A stretch of DNA of 64,000 nucleotides from Raja brachyura (lineage: Eukaryota): assembly GCA_963514005.1 (NCBI GenBank), contig OY740812.1:2170001-2234000 (forward strand). Direction: 5' to 3'. Numbering within the stretch: the first letter of the stretch is position 1; the number at the start of each line of letters is the position of its first letter. The notes beneath the pieces are model-generated. The model had not been told where the DNA came from and made no database searches. It worked only from the letters and a program-made list of their open reading frames with translations. The position numbers and the translations under genes were made by a program. This document shows positions 13,120-25,896 of the stretch, piece by piece.

Positions 13120-13744
13120 GTATAGACACAAAGTGCTGGAGTAACTCATCGGATCAGATGTTCTCCATAGATGCTGCCTGACCCGCTGAGAAGTTGAGCT
13201 CTTTGTTTCGTTTTTGTTGCTGTTGTAAATCGGTATCCGTAGTTCCTTATGTCCGTATTTAGTGTATGATAACGTTCTCAGAAACCCACTTAACAAGTTG
13301 ACAGACGTTATGTGAAATCATGCTAACACGGTTTGTGCAGAATTCTAGGCATATAATCGATTATTAGGGACCAGTTACCATGAAGGATGTAATAACATTC
13401 CGAACAAAATATACTTTCTGAAGATAGACAAAAAGCTGGAAAAACCCAGCGGGTCAGACAGCATCTCTGGAGAAAAGGAATACGTGATGCTTCGGGTCGG
13501 GACCCTTCTCCAGACTGAGAGTCAGGGAAAAGGAAAAAGGGAAACGAGAAATATAGACGGTGACGGTGACCCGCTGAGTTACTCCAGCCGTTTGTGTATA
13601 TCTTCGGTTTAAACCTGCATCTGCAGTTCCTTCTTAAACATTTCGTAATGCTTGAAGAAGGGTCTCGACCCGAAACGTCGCCCATCTCCTTCGTTCCTTA
13701 GATGCTGCTGCACCCGCTGAGTTTCTCCAGCCTTTTGTGTACCC
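13120..13744. mobile_element. Cluster of three Penelope pseudo-LTR units (13120-13250 and 13420-13640 foldbacks; 13654-13744 solo with TSD)
   Basis: Family consensus present in both orientations. The last unit is flanked by TCGTAATGCTT at 13643-13653 and 13745-13755. Confidence 0.75.
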
Positions 13745-13864
13745 TCGTAATGCTTTCTGTTGATCTGCATTGCGAATTCCTCAGATGCAAGAAGCTAGAA
13801 ACCACTTTTTCAAATTACATCTAGTGTTGGTTAGTTCATTTGCCTTTTTCCAAGTGAAATAGAC

Positions 13865-14070
13865 CGAGGAAGAACTAAGGGAAGGACTTGAACTTTATTT
13901 CGCCTTTCATCATAGTGAGGAATGTGTAGGAGTCGATGTTCATGTTAAAATGTGTTTTTGAAGTGATCTGTTAATTTAATTGTGTGACTGACTTGGTCAG
14001 TGAAATTCCTCGTATGTTTCAAAACATACTTGGCGAATAAAGTGTGATTCTGATTCTGATTCTGATTCTG
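13865..14070 (+). mobile_element. LINE 3' end with AATAAA and (GATTCT)n tail
   Basis: gcgaataaagtgtgattctgattctgattctgattctg; body resembles the reverse complement of 33650-33840. Confidence 0.55.
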
Positions 14071-15244
14071 AAATATAAGCCTCCCCGGCTTCCACATGGC
14101 AATCAAACTATCGTGATTTTAGTTTGCCATTTTGGTGGATTGCAGATGACCTCCACCAAATCCAAAGAACCTCAGTCGATAGTATTATTCTTGGCTTTTC
14201 ATGTTTGTGTTTCCCGTTATTTCCCGAGGTATTGAATAATTTCGCGACCTTGGCACACGTACAAGCCAAACGAAACACCTTTGGCTGGCGACTGTTTGTT
14301 TTTTTATTATGCAGCGAGGCAAATGGTATGTTTACTGAACAATCAAGCTGTGCTAAAAGAAAAACAGAAAAGAACCAAAAAAGCTCTCAGTTTGTCGAGT
14401 TGCGTCGATAGAGGAAGATCAAAACACGGCTAAATCTCAGACCATAAATTTTCATTCCAGTTCCACGCATCCTGCCCGGGCTCTTGAATGATTCCAACAG
14501 TTGGTGTTTATATTAGATTTCCTACATTTGCACTATTTTATGTTTAGTTTGGTCATGCCTCGGCTTACTGCCGATAGGAAAATTGGCGAGGCTGCAGAGA
14601 GAACACAACACGAGATTCATTAGGATGTTCTTAGTATGAATGGAAATAATATAAAACAGAATGAAAATAGTCATAAACAATTGCAGGAAAAATGCAGGCA
14701 GGAAGGTCGGTTTGATAAAATAGTTTATAGCAGGAGGAACGATCTGAAGATAGTATGAAAACTTGGGTTTCTAGAAACAGGCAATGTATCTATAATAGTA
14801 GCTCAGAATTGTTTTCAAACAAGCTTTTGCAGACTAGCAATGCTTTATATGACCTTAGATTATTATTATTTTTAAACATGTTCACAGAGTGGGGCAAAGC
14901 ATATAACCAAATTAACGAACGGGGGGGAATGCGCTTTGAAATAGAAATCGCGTGCAAGTTGGAGAGTTAAGGTCCAAGTGCAAGTTTATGGAAGAGTAGC
15001 ACTGCCAAGCCCTAAACCTGGGGCTTACACGATGCTCAATACAAAGAATGGCTGTACACAAATTCAGCAACGCTATGAGCCCATGTAGAATTTTATTATG
15101 ATAAATCCCATTTCTTCCTCAGGCAAATCTATTGCTGGTGAGTGAGCCAAGGCAGCTAAGGTGCGTAGCAACTGGGAAATGAAGGAATACAGAGTGGCTA
15201 CAAGATTCTTTGGCCGCAGACGTTTGCAGAGAAAGGAAGAACAG

Positions 15245-16944
15245 AGATAGACACAAAAAAGCTGGAGTAACTCAGCGGGACAGGCAGCATCTCTGGAGAG
15301 AAGGAATGGGTGAGGTTTCGGTTCGAGATCCTTCTTCAGACTGAAAGTCACCGGAAAAGGAAACGAGAGATATATATACGACGATGTAGAGAGACAAAGA
15401 ACAATAACAAGAGAAGAGAATGTGGATGCATTTGGACATATAGATGGATATTTGATTTTGTGGGATACCTGGATTTGAAGAAGGGACAGAATATATATTT
15501 GAGAATAAATACCAATCGGCAAACCCACAATTATGAGGAGAAACGAGAGATTTGTGAGATTCCGTGCGATATTCAATATGAGCCTTATTTTTCCACTTGT
15601 AGATGGATCAGCAATAAAACGGTATTTATGGTATGATGTGTGTCTAACAGGCAAATCAATGTTTCCCACTGTTTCACTGTCCAGTTGACAGTGCTAAACC
15701 CATAATCGGAAAGGTTATGGTATTTGATAAAGTAACAAGAGATGCTAAGAATATTCTACAGCAAATTAATTGGTATAATCGAGAATGCACTTTATGAAAA
15801 CATTGCCGAAACGATTTTTAACAACAGCTTCCAAAGATAAATTTAAGTTGGCAAGCAAACATCGAACTTCAATTTAGATGCTGACTTCATTTCATAGGAT
15901 GTCGCAAAGGGATTCGTCGCCAATTAAAATATAAAATCTACAGATGCTAAGAATCCGAAATGAAAACAGTAAATGCTGGGAGTTCCCAGAAGATCACCGA
16001 TCTGAAACATTAACTGTATCGGCCGCTCCACAAATGCTGCCTGCCTCGCTGAGTATACCCAACATTTTATTTTTTAATCATGCTCAATATAATACGTGTT
16101 AAATGTAGCTATTGTGGCAGTGTATACATATAATATGAAACAGTACAACGCAGGGACAGGCTCTTCGGCCCACAATGTCCATGCCGAACACGATCTTCTC
16201 TGCCTGCGAATGTTGCATTTCCTTCCATTCCCTGCAAATCAATGTCATGTCCCTACCTAAAGCCTCTTAAATGCCCCTGTTCTATGTGCCTCCACCATCA
16301 CACCTGCCAGCGCGTTCCAGTCATCCAATCCAGCCTGTGTACAACATCACCCTCACCTTTCCTTAAACCCCCCACTCACCATAAAACTATGCCCTCCAGC
16401 CTTTTAAAATGCTCTGATGCTGGATCTCGACCCGAAACGTCACCCATTCCTTCTATGCAGAGATGGTGTCTGTCCCGCTGAGTTACTCTGGCATTCAGTG
16501 TCTATCTTCGGGGAAAATGGATCTGACTGCTTTGCTTACCTATACCCCATAGTTCTATTGCATCTATCCGGATCCTGTATTAATTTCGGGCGGAGAAATC
16601 CCTCAGAGATAGTAAGTAATGCGATGAAAGAACAAATCCGTTTCTTGAGTAACTTAATATCACTCAGACGCCACTGGGACGTCGCCTTCTCGAAATCGTA
16701 TTCCATTTTGACCACCATAACCGACAGATTTGACTGTGGTATAAAATGTGATCTAACCGTTACTGCCAATAGACTGTGTATGAATGAACTGCAGATGCTG
16801 GTTTAAACCAAAGATAGACACAAAATGCTGGAGTAACTCAGCGGGACAGGCAGCACCTTCTTCGACCCGAAACGTCACCCATTCCTTCTGCTAAATGATG
16901 CTGCCCGTCCCGCTGAGTTACTCCAGCATTTTGTGTCTATCTTC
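15245..16944. mobile_element. Repeat-dense block: Penelope pseudo-LTR copies (15245-15410, 15935-16075, 16412-16510, 16777-16944) and a CR1-like 3' fragment (16135-16405, minus)
   Basis: Family motifs seen directly. The 16777-16944 foldback is flanked by the imperfect TSD actgccaatagact / acttccaatagaat. Confidence 0.65.
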
Positions 16945-17794
16945 ACTTCCAATAGAATCTCCTTCTGCGCTATCAGACCACGGCGTGCCAAGAACCTGAG
17001 CATTTACTGAATGTTTGGCTAACATAATTAAATCGTTTCATGGGAAGGTAGTTGGCTTCAACACACATACTACACATCTAAAGTAACATCCTCGTTTACT
17101 TTGTGCGTCCTTGCATCCAATATGCCTCATTTAAGGCGAGCAAAAGTTTCCCCAATGTTTTGACTAAAGTAATCTCTTGTCACGTTTGCTGCTTACATAG
17201 AAAGGAACAGTCACTCCACTTTGCAATTTTCCGTCATTCGTCGGCAGTGATTGTAAGTAGCCACGGAAAAGCAATATTGCTTTTTTTTAAACTAGATTAT
17301 GAAACCCGACGTTTAATTGCGCAACGGTAATCCGTATTGGTGGAGAATATAAGGTGCAAGAAAATTATCATGCTGGTCACATGATTCTCGATTTTTGTTT
17401 TGAGTTCTATGCGCTTATGTGACGTAATGCATGGAATGTCCCGGGCATGCGCATTGGCGTCCAACAACAGGAAACGCCTGTCCAGATGCCAGTTACTGGA
17501 TTTACATAAACGTTAAAGCGGCCCAGCCCTGTCCGTAGCTGTCCTTGGAGAAAATAACTTCCACAATGTCCATAATGCCCATTGATCTGCCTCTTGAAGG
17601 AGGATTTGGATCCGACTGGCTTTCTGCCAGTGTACATACTTCCCAGCACTTGCTCGTTGTTGCCTCATGGGACTGATTGAGTGGCATTTGCCATTACTAA
17701 ACTCTAGCCCAATTACATCACACAACAACACTGTTCATGGTTCAACATTCGTCAGTGGATATTCCAATTCCAAGGAACAAATTGTATCTTTCCA

Positions 17795-17887
17795 AGGGTT
17801 ACACAAAGAGCTGGAGAAACTCAGCGGGTGCAGCAGCATCTAAGGGGCGAAGGAGATAGGCGACGTTTCGGGTCGAGACCCTTCTTC
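17795..17887 (-). mobile_element. Penelope pseudo-LTR copy (young subfamily)
   Basis: agggttacacaaagagctggagaaactcagcgggtgcagcagcatc...cgacgtttcgggtcgagacccttcttc; near-identical to the copies at 13654, 31249 and 55831. Confidence 0.8.
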
Positions 17888-17954
17888 CCAACCCATTTCT
17901 AATCAGACTAATACATTATATTCCTGTAACATAAGACATATGTTGTCAGTTTGA

Positions 17955-18910
17955 ACAGCATAAGACAGGAGCAAAACGTCCTATGATTCCTATGCTTGTT
18001 CCAAACATGATACCAAGTGAAACTCACCCGTTCTGTCTGCATCTGCTCCATATCCTTCCATATCCTTCGATGCTCAGCATATCGCCACTATATTCCCCGC
18101 TTCCAGCACAACCCTGGCGTTCCAGGTAGCCACCACTCTCTGTGCAACAAAAAAAAAATCTCCCTACAACTCAATTAAAATTCCACCCTCTGATCTTGTT
18201 GCTCTGCCATCTAATATTTTAAAATTCCAGCCTAGGAAAGAAGAAGAACCTATCTGTGTCTTGTGTATTGTTATAAACATCTATCAAGTCACCCCTCAGC
18301 CTCCGACATGCCAGAGAAAACAATCCAAGTTTGTTCAATCTCTCCTCATAGCTACTACCCTCTCATCTCGGTAGCATCTTGACACCTCCCTTCGACCCTC
18401 TCCAAAGACGTCACATGCTTTCGGTAAATGAGTGACAAGAATTGCAACAGTCCAAAAGCAGCCTAACCAAATGTCTACAAAGCTGGAACACGACCTCCTG
18501 ACTCTTACACTCAATGGCCCGCGGATGAAGGCAAGTATAGAAACATAGAAACATAGAAATATTGGTGCAGGAGTAGGCCATTCGGCCCTTCGAGCCTGCA
18601 CCGCCATTCAATATGGTCATGGCTGATCACCCAACTCAGTATCCCGTACCTGCCTTCTCTCCATACCCCCTGACCCCTTTAGGCACAAGAGCCACATCCA
18701 ATTCCCTCTTGAATATAGCCAATGAGCTGGCCTCAACGACCTTCTGTGGCAGGCGTATGTCATATGCCTTCTTTACAATTTTACCTACTTGTGCTGTTAC
18801 TTTGAGAAAGCTACGGATTTGTATCGCAGAATACATCTGTACATCAATGCCTTTAATGGCCCTGCCAATAACTGTGTAATTTCCCCTTACATTTGATCCC
18901 CCAAATCTAA
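17955..18910 (-). mobile_element. Old CR1-like LINE fragment with a younger CR1 3' end (18537-18750) nested in it
   Basis: The young part encodes LPQKVVEASSLAIFKRELDVAL..KGVRGYGEKAG and has an (ATAGAAAC)n tail. The flanks give a degenerate CR1 ORF2. Confidence 0.75.
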
Positions 18911-18944
18911 CCACTAGGGTCAAGCTAGCACACCGATATATCTA

Positions 18945-19520
18945 CTTCCTCGAGAGACAAAGCATATTCTACAACAACTCTTAACAATTTCTACTGATGC
19001 ACTTCAGTATGCCTCATATCGGGATTTGGTGTGCAAGACCTCTGCCAAACACTGCAAGAAAGTGCATAGTTGTGGATGCAACCCAGTCCATCACACAGAC
19101 CAGCATCCACACATCAACTCCATCTGCACTTCACACTGCGTCAGGAACCGTGCCAACGTAATTAAGGCCAACTTAAACCCAAGTCATTGCCTGTTCACCT
19201 TTTTTTCTGGCGGGCAGATGATACAAATGTTTGAAAACACAAACCATCAGATTAAGAAAGGTTCGCCACCACTATTATGAGACTACTGAAAGGATCTCTC
19301 ATAAGCTAAGCGTGCAATACCGGTCTTCCAACCTACATTAACGCGACTCGTGACGTTTATTGCCAGCCCTAATACAGTTAAGATGTAACAATATATTCCT
19401 CCTCTGGTTATTTTTTCCTTTTGCCTTACGTGTTGTACTTGCTTGATTCTACTCATGTACGGTAGGATTTGAGGAGATAGCAAGCAAACGACACTTTTCA
19501 CTCTATCTTGGCACACGTGA
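18945..19520 (+). mobile_element. Degenerate Rex1/Babar-like LINE 3' fragment
   Basis: Collinear with 62540-63100 (same family, see there). Confidence 0.55.
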
Positions 19521-20302
19521 AATCGCTATGACAAATCAATGCCGATTTCAAAATGCAACATCTCACATTTACCCGGATGAAACTCGATCGATCATTTCTC
19601 CGCCCATATCTGTGACCAATCTATATTCTGCTGTATCCCTGCACAGGCTACTGTGCAATATCAGTTCTATTTTCATTCAATAAAAACATTAAACTCTTTC
19701 AAATGATTGGCTAATGTTCAGACCGTAAAACTACATTCAGTTTGCGAAATGTTTATGAATAGTACTTGGTTACAACCTTCAAAAGTTGCCTGCAGGTCAT
19801 GCACGTGTGGTAGAATGTGGATGTATAGGAGTCGTTTCCCAGCCTCAATTATTAGCCTGAAAATGTGTGTGTAATAATTCGCTAAATTGTCAATTCTGCC
19901 CATGATATAAAATAGTACTCCCCTTCAGGTTGGTGGAAGGACTATTAAATCACTGTTTGTGTCATCCATTAGTGAAACCCAGACAGTTCATATCGTCGAA
20001 GTGATGGTTCTAATATTTGGTTCTTGCTGGACTCAAGTCATTTCATGTAAATATTTCTTTGGCAGTGGAGTGTGAATTACGAGCTATCAACTGGAGTCTT
20101 TTTGCGTGAGATGGCAAATTAGATACTCAATGACAAAAATAAAACATGCTCTGCTGGTATAATTTACTGCACCCTGGTTAATTGCGCTGCGTACAAAATA
20201 TTAAAATGTATTTTAAATACTTGCGGAACTATATTGAACGTAATTTAAGTAAATTTGAATTGCAAGATCAATTCTTTATATGCAGTTGACGCCTTTCAGT
20301 GA

Positions 20303-20499
20303 GATGTGTAAGAAAGAACTGCAGCTGCTGGGTTAAATCAAAGGTAGACACAAAATGCAGGAGTAACTCAGGGGGTGAGGCAGCATCTCTCGAGAGAAGG
20401 GATGGTCTGAAGAAGGTTCTCGACCGGAAACGTAGCCCATTCCTTCCCTCCAGGGATGCTGCCTCGCCCGCTGAGTTACCCCGGCATTTTGTGTCTACC
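20303..20499. mobile_element. Penelope pseudo-LTR foldback with 16-bp TSD
   Basis: TSD TGACGCCTTTCAGTGA (20287-20302) / TGACGCCGTTCAGTGA (20500-20515). The centre contains GGTCTGAAGAAGGTTCTCGACCGGAAACGTAGCC. Confidence 0.8.
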
Positions 20500-20744
20500 T
20501 GACGCCGTTCAGTGATGGCCGTTTCTTTAGAATGCCAACAATCGACCAGTTCTCACTGACAGCTCCCGATAGAGATTTGACTGTGCATGTTTTAAGATGA
20601 TGCAAAATTTATAAACTGATTTTTTTTTAAACTACATACTCTAAAGTTAGACCCTAAATGCCGGAAATAAGAGAGAACGATAGCAACAACCCGTTGATTA
20701 GCTCACTGTAAACATGTTCATGTTTATAACTTTGTAGGGTATAA

Positions 20745-21270
20745 CTGCCTCTTTGTGGGGTACGTGGAACAATCACTGGTCCAGTCGTACACTGGCCCTA
20801 TCGCCGAACTCTACGTCCGCTATTTTGACGACTGCATCGGTGCTGCCCCCTGCACCCTTGCAGAACTCAATGACTTCAGCAACTTCACGACTAATTTCCA
20901 TCCTGCGCTCAAACTCACTTGGACCATCCCCGACATCTCCCAACCGTTTCAGGATCTTACCGTCTCCATCACAGGAGACAGACTATTGAACGACATCTAC
21001 TACAAACCTAAAGACTCCCATACCTATTTAGACTGCACTCCTTCCCACCCTGCTTTCTGGAAAGACTCTATCCCCTGCTCCCAATTCCTCCCTCTACGCC
21101 GCATCTGCGCCCAGGATGAGGTTTTCGATACTAGAGCATCGGAGGGGTCCTCATTCTTTCGGAAACGGAGATTCTCCTCTTCCATTAGAGATGAGGCTCT
21201 CACTAGGGTCTTCTCGATATCCAGCAGCTCCGCTCTTGCTCCCCCTCCCCCCATTCGCAACAAGGACAAC
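20745..21270 (+). mobile_element. Penelope-like element reverse transcriptase/thumb fragment
   Basis: Translation LYVRYFDDCIG...NFHPALKLTW...PFQDLTV...IYYKPKDSHTYLD...SHP...SIPCSQFLPLRRIC matches PLE RT motifs (RYxDD, FLD, YxKPT..YL, SHP, SQFLRLRRIC), degenerate. Confidence 0.85.
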
Positions 21271-21478
21271 AAGTGGCCTGCGTGGGGTTTCTCCAGGAAT
21301 TCCGGTTTGCTCCCACACTCCAAAGACGTACAGGTTTGTAGGTTAATTGGCTTGGTTGTCCCTAGTGTGTGTAGGATAGCGTTAGCGTGCGGGGATCGCT
21401 GATCGGCGCGGATTCGATGGGCTGAAGGGCCTTTTTTCCCGCGCTGTACCTCTATATTAAACTAAACTAAACTAAATT
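21271..21478 (+). mobile_element. V-SINE (HE1-like) 3' half with (CTAAA)n tail
   Basis: cctgcgtggggtttctcc...tccggtttgctcccacactccaaagacgtacagg...gggctgaagggcc...ctaaactaaactaaa. Confidence 0.75.
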
Positions 21479-22064
21479 AAAAGAATGAATGGTTACTTAC
21501 AGGAAGGTGCGAAGAAAAAATAATTCGCTTGAAATATGTACTGAAGTATGAACTTATCTGAAAGCCATAATTCCAATGAACGGATATCGAACTGAAACAT
21601 TCTTGCTTCATTCTCCGCAGGTGCTGCCCGGGCTGCCGAATATTTACAGCATTTTCCACTTTTATTTCGCAATTCCAGTATTTGCACTTATTTTTTTTAA
21701 TCAATTTCTCTTTAATCACCCCCACGTCTCTTCCAGAGGAAAAAACATCCTTGTTGAAGAAGTTCTGCTCACCTCCCCAGCGGGATTTCTGCTTGTCCCT
21801 TTTACTTGATTCGCCACAGGTATCTAGCAACCAATGTCCACGACGTTTGGAGGAAACCCACTTCCGCAACCACACATCTTTGTGAAAATGTCTCCAGCTT
21901 GTGACATTTCAAACCCCCCTGCCACTACAGGTGTAATGAATGTACTGAGCGATTGATGAATCTCCATTCATTTTCTCTAAGATCTGAGATCGAAGATTAT
22001 CCTCATGCATCGACAAATGCACTCATTTGATGTCTTTCAAGTAGCTCTAACTTATTCTAAAAAA

Positions 22065-22296
22065 AAGACACAAAGTGCTGGAGTAACTTCGCGGGTTAGG
22101 TTGCATCTCTGGAGAACATGGATGGGTAACTTTCGGGTCTGGGCCTTTCTTCAGCCTCGATATTTCGGGTCTGGGCCCTTCTTCGACCAGAAACCTCACT
22201 TATCAATTTTCTCCTGAGATGACGCCTGACCTGGTGAGGTACTTCAGCAGTTCGTGTCTTTTTTGATAAACCAGCTTCTGCAAATCCTTGTTTCTA
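22065..22296. mobile_element. Penelope pseudo-LTR foldback (degenerate)
   Basis: Inverted arms of the family consensus. Confidence 0.6.
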
Positions 22297-22807
22297 CCGC
22301 CTTAATCAATCTCAAAACTGTCATCGTTGGTAGATCCACTTCTTTTACTGCAGCGGTTGTTCAGCAGAAGGCCAGTTTTTATTAAACGGAATTGATTTTG
22401 ACAATGAACCCCTTTTCGTCTCCACATGCCCTGCCCTACTTCAGGATTTTTAGGATTTTCTACTTTTATTAAGATTTATACAAAAGGACATATTTTCAGA
22501 TTTCCAGTATCTGCATTTTTTTACTTTCACTTATGTATCTGTGTAACCTGCTTATATACATTACTTTCACTTAACTTTATTCTGTTACCAATGGGGAAAA
22601 TATGTATCCGAATGAGGCCTTCATTTTATAAAGACTGTAAGCAGGTGAGGCCCATTACTGATCGTCATTGCACACCTGTCATTACATCTTGCCAAACAGC
22701 AAAATACTCACTTTCTGTAAATCTTTTGTTAATCAGCCAAGTTCTACCCGTGCCAATACATTAAAAAAAACATCGTGGGATTTGTTTCAACGCCATAACT
22801 CATTCGA

Positions 22808-23077
22808 ATGGAGACGAGGAAGCACTTTTTCTCACAGAGAGTGGCGAGTCTGTGGAATTCTCTGCCTCAGAGGGCGGTGGAGGCCGGTTCTCTGGATGCT
22901 TTCAAGAGAGATCTAGATAGGGCTCTTAAAAATAGCGGAGTCGGGGGATATGGGGAGAAGGGAGGAATGGGGTACTGATTGGGGATGATCAGCCATGATC
23001 ACATTGAACGGCTGTGCAGGCTCGAAGGGCCGAATGGCCTACTCCTGCACCTATTGTCTATTGTCTATTGTCTATTG
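22808..23077 (+). mobile_element. CR1-like LINE 3' end with (CTATTGT)n tail
   Basis: gagacgaggaagcactttttctcacagagagtgg...ctgtggaattctctgcctcagagggcggtggaggcc...cctattgtctattgtctattgtctattg. Confidence 0.85.
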
Positions 23078-24206
23078 AAACCTAAACACACCAGATCCAC
23101 TGGTGTCCAAATGTCCACAATGTCCATGACTTCTTCAATGAACTCCAATTCATTGGTCAAGTATGATTTCCCTTGTACAAAACTCCAAAACGGAGTTTGC
23201 TTATCTTGGGTTCTTCCTTTCCAGTGTCCCCGTAACTTTTAAACTATTACACGTGGGGATAAAGTGGAACTTGGCCAGATTCGTAGAAAATGGGCACGTT
23301 TTGCCTCAATACCTGATACTATTGAATGCCCGCACTTGCATCGAACCAGACGACCCACTGTTCCGATGCGATTTGTAAAATCCAGCCCCCGATTCCAACA
23401 CGATTTCCAAACTTCTAGAACTTCTATCCCACGCTCTCGTAGTCGGATTTGAAGGTCAATTATTGAAATCTATGTACGATAGGCTCGATAGGCTTTTTTA
23501 CACGAGGTGTTTTTGAGTTTCAAATTTTATACCGCTATTCGTCTTCAACATCCGGTAAATCTACAGCTAAAATAAAGGGACAGATATTGTTGTACGGAAT
23601 GTTGTCTTATCCTTCGCAAAATGGTTCTAAGTTTTTTATCTTGATAATGTTTTCAGACATATCAATATTCCTTAATCCGAGTCGCTAAATGTTGCCATTC
23701 AAGTTAACAAATGTGAAATAAAGACAGAAAAATGCTGGAAACGTGTAACAATAATGCGACAAAATAGAATTATATTTTAGTTGGAAGACGTGAGTGATTT
23801 TATCCAAATGCTAATATTTTGTTTGCTATGCTTTTTGTCTCAATGTAAGTGAATATTTATATTTTAATAGTAAATGAACTAGATGTTATTTTTATTTTTT
23901 ATTTTGTCGGTCTCATATTTAAGTAACAACGAATCAATTGGTTCTGAGTGAAAGCGCCATGCCCGCCCTCCGGCCCGCGTGCACAACAGCAGTTATTCCC
24001 AGGCTAGTTCTGAGGTCAAATGACTATTAAATAAATTAGAATGGCATCGTAGCGCATTTTGAAGCATTTAAAGCAAATTGAGCGGAATAATTAATATACT
24101 TTCATATGCACATTTCCGGAATGCGAAGCAGTAAGTAATCTCACCACCGTTTAGAAATAATTCTGCCAAATCAAAAGCCGCAACGATGCGTTTTCATATT
24201 CTTATC

Positions 24207-24632
24207 GTGTAGGAAGGAACTGCAGATACTGTTTTAAACCGAAGATAGACATGAAAACCTGGAGTAACTCAGCGGGACATGCAGCATCTCTGGAGAGAAG
24301 GAATGGGAGACGTTTCGGGTCGAGAACCTTCTTGAATTGGTTGGTCCCCCAAGGTTAACAGATAATTTATCCACTTAATCTGTCCTGATAATTATTGTTT
24401 CTCAACGTGTATGTCAGTTGTCGTATAGTTTTACTGAAATTGCTTGTATTACATCTAGGCCACCAATATTATTTTTGCAGATAGACACAAAATGCTGGAG
24501 AAAGTCAGCGGGTCGAGACCCGAAACGTCACCTATTCCTTCTCTCCAGAGATGCTGCCTGTGCCGCTGAGTTACTCCAGCATTTTGTGTCAATCCTCGGT
24601 TTAAACCAGCATCTGCAGTTCCTTCCTACACA
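24207..24632. mobile_element. Two Penelope pseudo-LTR units (24207-24333 minus; 24480-24632 foldback)
   Basis: Family consensus seen directly. Confidence 0.7.
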
Positions 24633-24774
24633 TTATATTTGCACATTTCAGCTTCAAGTGTAGCAACTTTTAACATCTTTATTTCTGAGTCGTGGTGTGG
24701 TATGTAGCTGCAAAAGGACTCTAACCGGAACGGAATCGGGGTATAAATACAGTTTAAAGAAATAATGAAGTAAT

Positions 24775-25030
24775 GCGCCACAGTGGCGCAACGGTAGAGT
24801 TGCTGCCTTTTGCATTGCTGGAGACCTGGGGTCCTCACAGCAGGTGCGGTCTGTGCGGAGTTTGTACGTTCTCCCTGTGACAACGTGCGTTTTCTTCTTG
24901 ATCAGTAAGGGTGTCAGGGGTTACGGGGAGAACGCACGAGGGGTGGGTTGAGAGGGAAAGATAGATCAGCCGGACATGATGGGCCGATTGGCCAAACGTT
25001 ACTCCTAGAACTTATGAACTTCTGAACTTA
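24775..25030 (+). mobile_element. tRNA-derived V-SINE head fused to a CR1-type tail
   Basis: cagtggcgcaacggtagagttgctgcc...ggagtttgtacgttctccctgtg...; tail ...gggccgattggcc...actcctagaacttatgaactt. Confidence 0.65.
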
Positions 25031-25896
25031 TACCGCCGTACTGAAAAGATCGCAAAAAAGATTCGGACCCTTGCATCCTCACAGAAAAAATACATCCCAT
25101 CATTACGCACGTCCGTTCCAAATGCGCACCCCATTAGGCACAGTTCTACGCACATCCCCATCTCCGCAGAGCCGTGGTCGCCGAGGCTGAAATTTACTTA
25201 GCACCTTCATCACAAATAGTTCCATCATATTATAATCTAATACTAACATCCAATGATATCATGTGTCTACCACAATGTGTGCGAGCTAGTCCTCAGGACG
25301 AGATTGGACCCAACTTTGTGTTCGAATTACCAGTTATGATTTGAGTCAGGCATTGCCTCATGTTGATTGGTATTTGCAAATAAAAACAAAATTGCTCATC
25401 CATTAATCAATCCAATTGCGCTCCGTATGCAGAATAACGAAATGTCTGCTGCGCAGTGCTTAATGCCCAACAGCGAAAACACATAGACTGTGCGTTTGAT
25501 CAATCCCAAAACAAAACCAGCGTATTCACAGCTTTAAAATAACTCATCAATATAATCATATTGTTGAATTCCTGGTCCCACGGTCACATTTTATTTCTAA
25601 TCGCAGAATGCAACGCATTTCAAGCAACCCTAACCGCGCCGCATCGGTTTTGAAGGAAAGGGAGGGGTTCGTGCTCAGATACTACCATTAATTTCATGCC
25701 ACGTTTCGCTTTTCATAGCCATACAAAAGGCCTCAGTTGATAACTAACATAATATCACAACGGGTCCAAGACCATATTTTATTTGACCTTAATAAATAAT
25801 GGATTTGGATATCCGCAGACTGATGATAAACTAATGTGCGATGCATTTGGTTATCCGTTCATGATACGACTAAATCTAAATTAAACATAATTGTCC

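Noticed and set aside
15073-15669. 198-aa ORF
   Set aside because: Runs through a Penelope repeat and low-complexity sequence; no protein signature.
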